Origin: an uncultured virus (IMG/VR IMGVR_UViG_3300006737_000001)
Lineage: Duplodnaviria > Heunggongvirae > Uroviricota > Caudoviricetes
Virus record (IMG/VR): IMGVR_UViG_3300006737_000001
Coordinates: 1 to 64,000 of that record
Length of the DNA stretch: 64,000 nucleotides
Strand: one strand, 5' to 3'
The notes below the pieces were generated by a model. That model saw only the letters and a program-made list of their open reading frames with translations, searched no databases and was not told where the DNA came from. The translations under genes and the position numbers were made by a program. This document shows, piece by piece, positions 1 to 9,240 of this stretch (its first letter is position 1; the number at the start of each line of letters is the position of its first letter).

Positions 1-1
1 C

Positions 2-400
2 TTGTCTTCCTTGTATACCTTGTTCTCCGTCAGTACCTTGTTCACCTGTAGTTCCTTGATTACCAGTTGTACCAACATCTCCTTGACGTCCTTGTACACC
101 TTGACGACCTTGTTCTCCTTGTCTTCCTTGTATACCTTGTTCTCCGTCAGTACCTTGTTCTCCGTCAGTACCTTGTTCACCATCCGTACCTTGACGCCCT
201 TGTACTCCTTGTCTACCTTGAGAACCTTGAGTACCAGTTGTTCCTTGTGTACCAGTAGAACCTTGTGCACCGGTTCCTCCAGTACCTTGTCTACCTTGTG
301 TACCTTGTGTTCCCTGAGTAATAGATTCTATTTCTTGAATCCTCTTTTTTCCCACTGCATTGTGGGGTAAACTGTTTAGTACTCTACGGTAAGACGGCAT
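2..400 (-). CDS. Collagen-like (Gly-X-Y repeat) virion protein, runs off window start
   Basis: Not in ORF track; minus strand reads ATG(400) MPSYRRVLNSLPHNAVGKKRIQEIESITQGTQGTQGRQG... then continuous G-X-Q/G-T-D triplets to the window edge; follows the capsid gene. Confidence 0.85.
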   Translation of the reverse strand, partial: MPSYRRVLNSLPHNAVGKKRIQEIESITQGTQGTQGRQGTGGTGAQGSTGTQGTTGTQGSQGRQGVQGRQGTDGEQGTDGEQGTDGEQGIQGRQGEQGRQGVQGRQGDVGTTGNQGTTGEQGTDGEQGIQGRQ

Positions 401-423
401 AAAAAATAATCCTAAATCTTAGT

Positions 424-444
424 GAGGGGATTAAGGTTCCCCTC
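424..444 (-). terminator. GC hairpin after major capsid gene
   Basis: GAGGGGA/TCCCCTC inverted repeat between MCP stop and the collagen-like gene. Confidence 0.5.
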
Positions 445-476
445 GGACCTTATCTATTAAAATTAAACAATTAACT

Positions 477-1619
477 TTAACTGATGACGATTTGACCGGC
501 TTCTGGTCTAACGACCTTCAATCCGTATCTCATGGACATGTAAGAACCAACAATTCCGAATCCCGGATTTGCTTCTTCTACAGTCAATGGTCTTCTCTCT
601 ACGTAAGCCATTGGCTTAACGGAAAGGTCAAAGACACCAAATCTTCCGCTTGGAACCCATGCGTTCACTACAACGTTTAGACCGTAGAGTTGTCCTACTA
701 GTCCTCCTGTTGATAACATTGAACCGAATGGATTACTTCCTGCGGCGGTAGGCATAACATTTCCACCATCTGCTACTGCAACTGATTGAGCTGTAGTAAA
801 GATACTTGCGAAATCTGCCATCTTCAACATATTCTCGTATTGAGCTGGATTAATGAACATGTGTGTTGCATTGTATCCGTGCTTAGACATACGTGAAATT
901 GAGGAGGCGACGTCACTTAGTGTAAATGAGTCAGTTCCTGTGGATGTAGCTGCGTTGTATGAAGCTGCTCCAGATAGGATGGTTACGCCTTGATTTGCGT
1001 AGTCGTCTAATCTGCTTGCAGTTCCTGTCAATGTAGCTTTTGCTCCAAGGAAACCACCGTTTTCTGCCTTACTGAAATCAGATATGTTTGATTCGTCGGA
1101 AGTAGCTGCTGCGTATGAACCACCAGATTGTGGGGTAATTGTGGAGTAAGCTCCTCCAGACAATACACCTGTTTGTAGAGTTGCGTCACCGATACCAAAT
1201 ATTACGTTAGTAACGTGTTGGGTCATGTGCCTGTCTACAGCTCTGCGGGCTTCATTCAAAGCCATTTCTACTTCGTTGAATCTTGAATCTTCAATCATTC
1301 TTCGGGTTACACCAATTGCTATACCCCACTCTTTAACTGCCACTCTCTCAGAGCGTAGTTTTGTGTGTTGGTATTGCGGAGTTGTACCTTCTTCTAGTTG
1401 TTCTAGCTTCATGCTAGGTTTGCCGAAAGTAATATCAATATTACCCCCTGTATCAGTAGACATTGGGTCTGCAAAGAATTGCATAACTGGAAGGTCTGCG
1501 ACCTTGTAGTCAATAATTGCGTCTTTGTAGTCAATGAGTACTCTTTCACCTGTTCCACCAGTGTTGGCGTAGGAACCTGTGTTCAGGGTTGTCAATAGAC
1601 CGGGAGTTGCGTCGACCAT
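477..1619 (-). CDS. Major capsid protein (HK97 fold)
   Basis: 380 aa; EG..P E-loop-like segment, G.LYGL.VVV and C-terminal RYGLKVVRPEA typical of HK97-like MCPs; downstream of protease/scaffold. Confidence 0.85.
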   Translation of the reverse strand: MVDATPGLLTTLNTGSYANTGGTGERVLIDYKDAIIDYKVADLPVMQFFADPMSTDTGGNIDITFGKPSMKLEQLEEGTTPQYQHTKLRSERVAVKEWGIAIGVTRRMIEDSRFNEVEMALNEARRAVDRHMTQHVTNVIFGIGDATLQTGVLSGGAYSTITPQSGGSYAAATSDESNISDFSKAENGGFLGAKATLTGTASRLDDYANQGVTILSGAASYNAATSTGTDSFTLSDVASSISRMSKHGYNATHMFINPAQYENMLKMADFASIFTTAQSVAVADGGNVMPTAAGSNPFGSMLSTGGLVGQLYGLNVVVNAWVPSGRFGVFDLSVKPMAYVERRPLTVEEANPGFGIVGSYMSMRYGLKVVRPEAGQIVIS

Positions 1620-1630
1620 AGTTTATCTCC

Positions 1631-2026
1631 TTAGAGAGTCTGACACTTGGTCAGTCCTGCTCCACTGTTGTTTTCTAATGTGACGGCTTGAGCTTTTGGT
1701 GCAGTTGCTGCGTTTGTAGCTGTGACCAATTCTCCGGGCGTTGCTGCCCCCATCATCATAATGATACCTGCATTGACGTTAGCACATGCAATGTTTAGAA
1801 TTACTCCAACACCTGTTACTAGAGACACTATTGCTCCAGCGTCGGCATCGACTAATGCTATTCCTGCGTATGCAAACTTAGCGGCGGCGTCACCTGTATC
1901 TGCTAGCTGCAATTTACCATTGGCATCAACGGTACATGCAGAGCCGGCGGTTATTGCTTCAGCTGCTTCGTATGGTAAAATACGAGCTGGAGCTCCACCA
2001 TCGTTAATTAAAATTTCTGTTGCCAT
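1631..2026 (-). CDS. Capsid decoration/cement protein
   Basis: 131 aa Ala/Gly-rich, AAEAITAG...GIAL pattern, between scaffold and MCP. Confidence 0.6.
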   Translation of the reverse strand: MATEILINDGGAPARILPYEAAEAITAGSACTVDANGKLQLADTGDAAAKFAYAGIALVDADAGAIVSLVTGVGVILNIACANVNAGIIMMMGAATPGELVTATNAATAPKAQAVTLENNSGAGLTKCQTL

Positions 2027-2028
2027 AT

Positions 2029-3285
2029 TTAATCACCTTTTAGATAGTAGTCTCTGTTCAATTTGATTTTTCCGTCAACTACTTTCATACCGAACTCTCT
2101 TTTGGTTTCTGGTACTTCACCTTCGTCAGATGATTTACCTTTTCCGAAAGAACGTTCGACGTCGTTGCTTGGCTCAGGCATTGCTGCTAGAGCGTCGCTA
2201 AATCCAGTCAATCTGGATTCATCCCAAGCGGAAAGTTCTTCGACACGAGCATCCTTTTTGTCTTCTTCGATTGAACCGAATAAGATTTCTTTGGATATAA
2301 TTGCTTCTACTGCTTCAACTTTTCTTGCTTCTGCTTCTTTGGTTAATCGGTCTTCTTCTGCTTTTTTGAAAGTTTCTAATTCTTTCATAGCTGCTTTGAA
2401 TTCAGATTCGATTTCCTTTTTAGATGCTTCCGCTTCTTCAAGTTGTGTGCGTAGAGAAGCGAACTCGCGTTCGACAATGCTTTCTGCGTCGGATTTTACA
2501 GTTGTTTCTTTTGTCTCTTCTGACATATTTACCTCTGTTTGTTCTGACTCGCATCCACAATTTCCTTCTTGGCCACCACAACCACAGTCGTGGTCGTCTT
2601 CAGGTTCTTGTGAATCACATTTCGTTTCTATAGTACATTCTTTACAGACTGGGTCCATCTTTTCATTGTCAATGAAACTTACCTCTGTAGGACGAATATT
2701 AGTGGCATAATTGTCACCCATAACGTCAATATCATTTGAAAACCAATCAATACTAACATGTGTCATGTCTCCTTCCTTAACTTTATTCATTACCTCTTGA
2801 CCGCGGCCATGTTTATTAGATACTGTTGCCAACATCTTGATTGCGGTCTTTCCATTGTCCATCTCGACCAACTCAGGTTTCGTTGCCATGCCGATTAGGT
2901 CCTCAGTTGTTCTCTGATGGTCTACATATATGGGGAGTTCTGAAAATTTAGTTAAACTATCTTTCAACATACCTCCTTCTATATAAACTTTATGTTCTTC
3001 TCCGTCAACCTCATATTCATGAGGTCCGGATGTAATAGCGATAACTGGGAATGATACAGAGTCGACTCCCTCATCGCTGGAAAATGTCATATCTTCACCG
3101 TCAGCCACTGCTAATGCGAATGACCTACGAACAGGTTCAGTGCTTTTGCCCTCTGCAAATTCCCGCTCTACGCCATTCTCATGAGCCCACATGCTACACA
3201 TGCCGGCTGCAATCTCTTCGGGGTTATCAAAACCCCTTTTCTTCAGGTTAGCTTTTGTGTCTAACATACATTTGTCGAATGTCAT
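2029..3285 (-). CDS. Prohead protease fused to coiled-coil scaffold
   Basis: PIYVDH, VSIDW, EVSF protease motifs; Cys-rich linker; acidic coiled-coil C-terminus; between portal and MCP. Confidence 0.75.
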   Translation of the reverse strand: MTFDKCMLDTKANLKKRGFDNPEEIAAGMCSMWAHENGVEREFAEGKSTEPVRRSFALAVADGEDMTFSSDEGVDSVSFPVIAITSGPHEYEVDGEEHKVYIEGGMLKDSLTKFSELPIYVDHQRTTEDLIGMATKPELVEMDNGKTAIKMLATVSNKHGRGQEVMNKVKEGDMTHVSIDWFSNDIDVMGDNYATNIRPTEVSFIDNEKMDPVCKECTIETKCDSQEPEDDHDCGCGGQEGNCGCESEQTEVNMSEETKETTVKSDAESIVEREFASLRTQLEEAEASKKEIESEFKAAMKELETFKKAEEDRLTKEAEARKVEAVEAIISKEILFGSIEEDKKDARVEELSAWDESRLTGFSDALAAMPEPSNDVERSFGKGKSSDEGEVPETKREFGMKVVDGKIKLNRDYYLKGD

Positions 3286-4589
3286 GCTCTATCTCCTGTT
3301 GCGTTTGCGGAGGGTTTATTTCCCCTATTTTGTGCTCTAGCGGATTCTTCTTTCTTATCTTCGTTTTTTCCGCCAGAAATATTAGCATTCTTATCACTTT
3401 GTTCTTGTTTGATTGGTGATGCCTTAATATCTTCAGAAGTTTCCATATCTAGTTCAGCTACTCCTTCAGGGTCAAGACCTCTTTCCTCTCTCACTTCACC
3501 GGGTGATAATACACCTTCTGACAAATAAATCATATCTGTCTTAGCTTTAGTGAATGCGTCATCTGTATTAATTTGCCTAAACTTAAATTTAGCATCGCCT
3601 GACTCTAATTGAGGCATCAGCTGGGAATTAAGTGCTCCCTCTATCATTGTTTGTAGGTATCTAACGTAAGGTTCGAATATTGGACGAGCCTTTTCAGGGT
3701 CTGTCCACATTGTTTTTGGTGTTTTTAATGCTAAATGAATTTTATCTAATATATCATCTGTATATTTACCATATTCAAAAGCACGTTGTGTACCTTGTAA
3801 CTCTTTGATAGTTATGTCGTTTCCATGGATTATATCTTCACCGGGCGCTAAAGTATTAAAAGCATCTACAATTTCATTAATTTTATCTGGACCATATGGC
3901 ATATCTGGTAAACCACATGATACATCAAATCGACTAGATGCATATTTATTAAGGGCTGCACCAATATCTCTTTCTGCATAATCTTTTAAATCCACTAAAT
4001 AGAGAATAGGATGTATATCTGATAAACCATAAGCAAAATCATCGAATTGATTATTTTTCAACTCTATAATCTCACTTTCTTCAAACCTAACGTTTTCTTC
4101 ATCATCACCTATTTTTTGATAATAATATTCTATTTGTCCGTGCTCATTCCTTTTAACAAACATATTTTGACTAGAACGTACAATTAAATTATCTCCTGTC
4201 CATTCTAAATACCCTGTACCAAAAATACGAGCATTTCTTATCCATCCATATAAAATATGTTCAATATTTATATCACGGAACATTTCTTCTAACTCTTCCC
4301 TTACATTGTCATCGGCTGTAACTATATCAAAATTATCTTTGACAGCATACAAGCAAGGTAAATCAATTAGACTTCTTACAATAGGGTCTGATAGGTAAAC
4401 ATTCATATAAGTTCTATTTTTACCAATGTGTGGCTCATAGTCCTTATTTTGTGCAAATCCACCGAATCCCTTATTTATTTTAAGTCTTTGAATTACTCCC
4501 GCACCGTAACTTCGTGGGTCGTCTTTTTTATACGCAGGATTGCCACCAACTCGGGCAAAAGTGCGTCTAACTCTATCTATAAACGACAT
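3282..4589 (-). CDS. Portal protein
   Basis: 435 aa after terminase; ARIFGTGY, YGLSDI, GVLSPGEVRE portal-like motifs. Confidence 0.85.
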   Translation of the reverse strand: MSFIDRVRRTFARVGGNPAYKKDDPRSYGAGVIQRLKINKGFGGFAQNKDYEPHIGKNRTYMNVYLSDPIVRSLIDLPCLYAVKDNFDIVTADDNVREELEEMFRDINIEHILYGWIRNARIFGTGYLEWTGDNLIVRSSQNMFVKRNEHGQIEYYYQKIGDDEENVRFEESEIIELKNNQFDDFAYGLSDIHPILYLVDLKDYAERDIGAALNKYASSRFDVSCGLPDMPYGPDKINEIVDAFNTLAPGEDIIHGNDITIKELQGTQRAFEYGKYTDDILDKIHLALKTPKTMWTDPEKARPIFEPYVRYLQTMIEGALNSQLMPQLESGDAKFKFRQINTDDAFTKAKTDMIYLSEGVLSPGEVREERGLDPEGVAELDMETSEDIKASPIKQEQSDKNANISGGKNEDKKEESARAQNRGNKPSANATGDRA

Positions 4590-4612
4590 GGCTATTTATA
4601 ATTAACTCTGAT

Positions 4613-4630
4613 GGGTATATAAAGTTTTTG
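4613..4630 (-). promoter_or_regulatory. BRE/TATA promoter of portal operon
   Basis: Minus strand CAAAAACTTTATATACCC about 30 nt upstream of portal ATG. Confidence 0.6.
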
Positions 4631-6301
4631 TTAGATTCCCCTTAAGGATTGCTTTAAAAGTCTAGGATTGCGTCTAGTTGTCGCAAAAAGTGGCCGTTTA
4701 CTATAGGTTCCTGCGTTATTAGCGTTATTTCTACTTATTGGTCTAGATACAACACCTGCACCATAGTTTCCTGTCATAGGTAGCATACTTAAAGTAGCAT
4801 GTAATCCCATTGCAGAACTATCACAATAATCATCGTGTTTACCACTTGGTGCTGAAATCTTTTCAGTTTTATCAGCAGCATCCATTGTATATTCTAAATC
4901 AATATGTTCTCTTGTCCACTTATGAATTAACTTAGCTTCATTAGCAGGTAAGTTTTCAGGATTAGGTACTCTTACTCTTCCTTGTTGAATATATGATTGG
5001 AAATCTCTGTACATCTGAGTTTTAGTCCCTTTGGGACCACCTGTAAAAACAAACGCCACAAAATGTATATTAGCATCTAAACACCCTATCCGTAAGTCTT
5101 GTTCAACCGCACCACCAATACCAGTACAGTCCACAATGAGACGAGTAGCCCCAAGACCAAGGGCAACATCCATAATACGTTTACGTTGGTATGGAATATC
5201 ATGTCCACCAGTTCTGGGGTTGATTTCTTCAACGTAAATAAGTCGTGCAATATTTTCTTTGTCAGATTTATCAAGGGACCATGCACTAATGACAGTAGAA
5301 TTAACAGATTTGCCAATGTCAACACTAACATTAATATTGCTTCCTCCCGACTGTCCATCCCCATCCAACCTAGTAAGTTTGTAATCATCATAACACCTTT
5401 TTATTTTTTCTGCATTAAACACATTCGATACCGACTCTACAAATTCACATTCATATTCAGTTCGCCAATGTATGGAGTCTTCTCCCCACTCCATCATTTT
5501 ATCTAACATTTCTTCGTCTGTGTAAGGTGCTGAATAAGCTTCACCTTTGTTCACTGCATCTCTCCATGTATAGTGTAATCTTTTAAAAGTATCTGCATAG
5601 CCGTCGTCATATAAATATTTATACATGTGGTTATCTTTAGACTTAGGTGTACCCAAATTAATAAAAGGAGCTTTATTAGCAACAATAGAAGGCTCTACAT
5701 TATCAATGAACAACTTATCGTCGATGAGTGGAGACTCATCAACAACTAAGAAAGTAGGGTGTTGCCCTCGTATAGCTTGACCTTGGTTACTAGGCGCTAA
5801 TGGAGCCCTACGCATTATTGTGCCCCCCTTAAGTGTTATATTGGGCTTGTTATGAAAACGATAATTCTTAACTAAGCCATTCAAAAAAGGGTTATCAGCA
5901 AAATGTCTATAACAATAATTAAATATTAAAGCTGCTTGGTCTTCTGTAGGAGCAAGTATAAATACTAAATCTCTAAATCTATTAAAAAACATATATATAG
6001 TTACCGCTACAGACAATGCGAACGATTTCCCACTGCCTCGTGGAGCTAAGATAGCTAATTTGGTTTGTTTACCATCATCTCTTTCCATTAAACATTCTAA
6101 TACTATATCTTCTTGTAGTGGTCTTAATTTTAAAGGCCGTTGTTTACCATCAATTAAATATGTTGTACAAAAAGCTCTAAGCAATTTGCGCATTTTTTCT
6201 TTATCTCGTCTACAACTTTTGAATATATTCTCTAAAGAGCGTGAATCTAATCCACCTTTACCTGTCAACAGGCTCTTCAGAGGGCTTTTGGGTTTCGTCA
6301 T
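4631..6301 (-). CDS. terL: Terminase large subunit
   Basis: Walker A APRGSGKS, Walker B LVVDES, GTP coupling motif, RNase H-like VDIG...HDDYCDS. Confidence 0.93.
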   Translation of the reverse strand: MTKPKSPLKSLLTGKGGLDSRSLENIFKSCRRDKEKMRKLLRAFCTTYLIDGKQRPLKLRPLQEDIVLECLMERDDGKQTKLAILAPRGSGKSFALSVAVTIYMFFNRFRDLVFILAPTEDQAALIFNYCYRHFADNPFLNGLVKNYRFHNKPNITLKGGTIMRRAPLAPSNQGQAIRGQHPTFLVVDESPLIDDKLFIDNVEPSIVANKAPFINLGTPKSKDNHMYKYLYDDGYADTFKRLHYTWRDAVNKGEAYSAPYTDEEMLDKMMEWGEDSIHWRTEYECEFVESVSNVFNAEKIKRCYDDYKLTRLDGDGQSGGSNINVSVDIGKSVNSTVISAWSLDKSDKENIARLIYVEEINPRTGGHDIPYQRKRIMDVALGLGATRLIVDCTGIGGAVEQDLRIGCLDANIHFVAFVFTGGPKGTKTQMYRDFQSYIQQGRVRVPNPENLPANEAKLIHKWTREHIDLEYTMDAADKTEKISAPSGKHDDYCDSSAMGLHATLSMLPMTGNYGAGVVSRPISRNNANNAGTYSKRPLFATTRRNPRLLKQSLRGI

Positions 6302-6593
6302 CGGATAATTCTCCTAAAAACGAAGCAAATGCTTCAGTATTTTTCTCTACAGTTGTTGGCACTTCAATATTTAATGCTCTGAATTCAGTATGTATGTCTT
6401 TAACGATTGTATTTCTTTGACGCAAGAGCTCTGTTCTCGCGTTAACATCCCGAATACATACAAGAATTTCTTCCCACAATATATCTTCAAGAGCAAGATT
6501 GCGCGCCAGAAGACGGACAAGCTCTTTATGACGTTCATATTCAGCTTCTCCTACCCTCTGACGTAATCTTTGCTCGTATTCCTCTACGTTCAA
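6258..6593 (-). CDS. Putative terminase small subunit
   Basis: 111 aa helical protein overlapping TerL start; positional inference. Confidence 0.5.
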   Translation of the reverse strand: MNVEEYEQRLRQRVGEAEYERHKELVRLLARNLALEDILWEEILVCIRDVNARTELLRQRNTIVKDIHTEFRALNIEVPTTVEKNTEAFASFLGELSDDETQKPSEEPVDR

Positions 6594-7018
6594 AGCGCTT
6601 TGCCTTCATCAAGACTAGCCTTGACTTTGGACTTTACTAAGGCAGCAAGTTCATCGTCTTTTTCATCCCAAGCAGTAATTAAAACATTACGAACTAAAGA
6701 ATCTTTAACGTGTTTTTGTGCTGTCTCGTCTAGCTTTTCAAAAGCTTTTATCTGGGCTTTTGTTAGATTTTTATCAAGTAAATCCATCAATTCAGCTTCA
6801 TTGTTCTTTAAGTATTTAAAGACTAACTCTTTAACTGCTGGTACGGTATAGGCTACATAAGCTCCTAGACCTAATACTAAAGCAGCTAAGGCTGCTAATA
6901 ATGGTTCATCCATTAATGCATCTAACATTCCAGATTCTTCTACAGTCTCGAGAATTGCAGTTATGTTTCCATCATCTGCTGTCTCATTTGCGGCTGTGTT
7001 ATTATTTGTTTCATTCAT
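6590..7018 (-). CDS. Membrane protein with N-terminal NxT/acidic segment
   Basis: ATG at 7018 (MNETNNNTAANET) preferred to GTG 7048; one hydrophobic helix LLAALAALVLGLGAYVAY. Confidence 0.65.
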   Translation of the reverse strand: MNETNNNTAANETADDGNITAILETVEESGMLDALMDEPLLAALAALVLGLGAYVAYTVPAVKELVFKYLKNNEAELMDLLDKNLTKAQIKAFEKLDETAQKHVKDSLVRNVLITAWDEKDDELAALVKSKVKASLDEGKAL

Positions 7019-7117
7019 ATATTGATATTTCCATATTGGGACTCTCACGTGGCACTTGCGATAAGAACCTGTGAGGCAATGGCCCTAAGGCGAGAGCCCA
7101 TACATAATTAGAAGCTC

Positions 7118-7133
7118 TACCTATATAAAGCTT
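7118..7133 (-). promoter_or_regulatory. BRE/TATA promoter of packaging operon
   Basis: Minus strand AAGCTTTATATAGG. Confidence 0.6.
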
Positions 7134-7419
7134 ACCATTTAACTTTATTAGCCCAGTATGCAGCAGACATTTTTCCCCTTTTAATATTCTTAGCGTGACG
7201 CGCTTTAAAACTCTTTCTTCGGGCTTTAGACTTTGGGTCCATCTTCTTACCTGCTGTACTTACTCCTTGTTGACCAAATCTAATTAATTTAGTTTGACTT
7301 CCTACTTTAGCCACTACTACATGTGACTTTTTGGGATGATTAGGTGTTCTTTTAGGTTTATTGTAACCTGACACACCTGCTCGTGTTAGTTTGGCATCCT
7401 TTTTCTTTTTAGGTGCCAT
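7132..7419 (-). CDS. Basic hypothetical protein of a conserved viral family
   Basis: KLIRFGQQG...RRKSFKARH...AAYWANKVKW; very Lys/Arg-rich. Confidence 0.75.
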   Translation of the reverse strand: MAPKKKKDAKLTRAGVSGYNKPKRTPNHPKKSHVVVAKVGSQTKLIRFGQQGVSTAGKKMDPKSKARRKSFKARHAKNIKRGKMSAAYWANKVKW

Positions 7420-7496
7420 TATTTCTTCCTCTTTTTAGTTTTCTTCTTTTTTGGGCGTCCTACTTTTTTTCCGTATGTTCCTTTACCGTATGGCAT
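7419..7496 (-). CDS. 25-aa Lys-rich microprotein
   Basis: MPYGKGTYGKKVGRPKKKKTKKRKK; TAATG overlaps on both sides. Confidence 0.7.
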   Translation of the reverse strand: MPYGKGTYGKKVGRPKKKKTKKRKK

Positions 7497-7744
7497 TATT
7501 TACTCCTCCTTACTGCTTTTTTTATCTTTTTAGAATATTTAGCTCTACTACCTACACCACCTGCTTTACGTTTCTTTCGATTAGTAGCAGCCTTCTGGGA
7601 AGGTGTTAGTTTACTACGTACATTCTTAGGTAAATAGCGACCTCTTTTAGATTTTGGCTTTTTAGCATCACCTTTGGTTACATAGCCCCATTTTTGTTTA
7701 CCCCATTTCTTTAGGGACTTCTGGGACTTTTTTAATGGGGCCAT
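7496..7744 (-). CDS. Basic protein (DUF5872-like C-terminal part)
   Basis: QKSLKKWGKQKW...GRYLPK...ATNRKKR; family name from recall. Confidence 0.7.
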   Translation of the reverse strand: MAPLKKSQKSLKKWGKQKWGYVTKGDAKKPKSKRGRYLPKNVRSKLTPSQKAATNRKKRKAGGVGSRAKYSKKIKKAVRRSK

Positions 7745-7920
7745 TAACGATACCCCCCTCCAGCTTTTTTATATGCTACAGCTAACAACTGTGCTTTCCT
7801 TGCGGACCATTGTCCGGGTGAACCACCTTTACTACCGGCTTTAATCCTTTGGAATAAACGCTTTCTCATAGTGGGTTTGGTATAATTACCTGCTTCGTTT
7901 ACTCTAGACTTCTTAGCCAT
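7744..7920 (-). CDS. 58-aa basic protein (DUF5872-like N-terminal part)
   Basis: Below track cut-off: MAKKSRVNEAGNYTKPTMRKRLFQRIKAGSKGGSPGQWSARKAQLLAVAYKKAGGGYR; TAATG overlap. Confidence 0.75.
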   Translation of the reverse strand: MAKKSRVNEAGNYTKPTMRKRLFQRIKAGSKGGSPGQWSARKAQLLAVAYKKAGGGYR

Positions 7921-7922
7921 GT

Positions 7923-8165
7923 TTACTTGTATTTGTTTTTCGAGTGTTGTTTCTTACCTATGTGGTGTCCGTGTCTTTCTCTTATCTCTATTTCGGTTAC
8001 ATCTCTAATTTGTTTTAGAGCTTCTTTCTTGGATATAGCTTTCTTTTCTAAAGCATGGGTTTTACCCCCTTCATGACTAAAAACTTTTTCTCCAGAACCA
8101 CTCTTACGCATTGTAAGAGTTTTATCGATGTTCTCTTTTTTATTAGTTTTATATACGCTGGCCAT
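7923..8165 (-). CDS. Basic hypothetical protein
   Basis: 80 aa ORF with GGAG SD, in operon. Confidence 0.65.
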   Translation of the reverse strand: MASVYKTNKKENIDKTLTMRKSGSGEKVFSHEGGKTHALEKKAISKKEALKQIRDVTEIEIRERHGHHIGKKQHSKNKYK

Positions 8166-8174
8166 GTTTTCTCC

Positions 8175-8453
8175 TTAATCGCTTTGTGAGTTAAATTCTG
8201 AATTCTTAACTCGTGGTGCGTCATCTGCAAAGTTGACGTTAGGTGTTTGGTTTTCATAACCACCCATGTATGAATCTTCTGTACTGAGTTTACCTGCTGT
8301 ATCTATTTCTTTATAAGATGTAATTGGTTTATGATAAGCCATCTCATCTATTTCAGCTTTATCTGGTTTAGCAAACTCTAGTTTCATATCAGGGTTATTA
8401 CCATGAAAATGTTCACCTGCTTCTATTGATTTGTATTGTTTTTCTGTAGGCAT
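8175..8453 (-). CDS. Hypothetical protein
   Basis: 92 aa ORF in operon. Confidence 0.65.
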   Translation of the reverse strand: MPTEKQYKSIEAGEHFHGNNPDMKLEFAKPDKAEIDEMAYHKPITSYKEIDTAGKLSTEDSYMGGYENQTPNVNFADDAPRVKNSEFNSQSD

Positions 8454-8455
8454 GT

Positions 8456-8533
8456 TTATTCCTCGTCTTTACAGCAGTCACAACTGCATTCGCAGTCACA
8501 ACAACTGCATCCTTCTATTTTTTCTTCTATCAT
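8456..8533 (-). CDS. Metallothionein-like 25-aa Cys-rich microprotein
   Basis: MIEEKIEGCSCCDCECSCDCCKDEE; ATGA overlap with upstream gene, fills the intergenic gap exactly. Confidence 0.6.
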   Translation of the reverse strand: MIEEKIEGCSCCDCECSCDCCKDEE

Positions 8534-9060
8534 TTTTTTGTCTCCATTTTATGTTCTTGTTCTTGTGCCTTAGTTTCTATCATTTGGTCTTGTTTCTGAG
8601 CAGCATCGTTATAATCGATAACAGCTTGTGCTTTTATCTTATAGAATGCAGTCTTCTCAGCTTGTTCTTGTTTCCAAACATCTAAAGCATCTTTGATAAT
8701 TAGAAGGGCTGGCCCACCTAATATAGCTATCAAAGTTGTATATGCTTCAATGTTTTCAAGGACGGCTGAATTGTTAAGTCCTGTGTGTATAACAAATCCA
8801 GCAAACCCAACCCAAAGTAAAACTAAAGGTACAGCAATCATAAACATAAAAATATCGTTGAAGGTTACTCCTTCTCCTTTTTCTTTACTCATTCTTGGTG
8901 TCTCCTTTTTTGTTTTTTCTTTTGGCACTTCTACTAGTTGAGGTTTTCTTTTTCTTAATGCGTGGCGCGCAAAATTCACAAGTACCCCGGAAGCAAGCGC
9001 AACGGCTAATAAAGCCATTATAACTGCCAATATTTCTAGTATTACAATCCATTCAATCAT
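8530..9060 (-). CDS. Multi-pass membrane protein (holin-like candidate)
   Basis: Three hydrophobic segments and charged C-terminal tail. Confidence 0.6.
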   Translation of the reverse strand: MIEWIVILEILAVIMALLAVALASGVLVNFARHALRKRKPQLVEVPKEKTKKETPRMSKEKGEGVTFNDIFMFMIAVPLVLLWVGFAGFVIHTGLNNSAVLENIEAYTTLIAILGGPALLIIKDALDVWKQEQAEKTAFYKIKAQAVIDYNDAAQKQDQMIETKAQEQEHKMETKK

Positions 9061-9240
9061 TCCTCCTCATCCACTCCATTGTAGTTGTCTAAAAAGGATT
9101 CGTTTACTGAATCTCTAATCATTGCTTTTAAGTCATCTACTTCTGATATAAGTTTAGCTAACATGTTGGTTAGAATGAGCATTTGTGATGCTTTCACTCT
9201 TCTTCCTCCCCGATAGCTTCTAAAAGTTTTTTATATCGTT

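Noticed and set aside
2..370. Plus-strand S/T/L-rich ORFs and 9/18-bp DNA repeats
   Set aside because: Shadow of the minus-strand collagen Gly-X-Y codons; not a CRISPR array or separate gene
2063..2710. Long antisense ORFs over structural and replication genes
   Set aside because: Codon-bias shadows of well-supported genes on the other strand
7035..7100. tRNA-Ala-like gene (GGGCTCT/AGAGTCC with G3-U)
   Set aside because: No D, anticodon or correctly placed T arm; discriminator is C. No canonical tRNA was seen in the window
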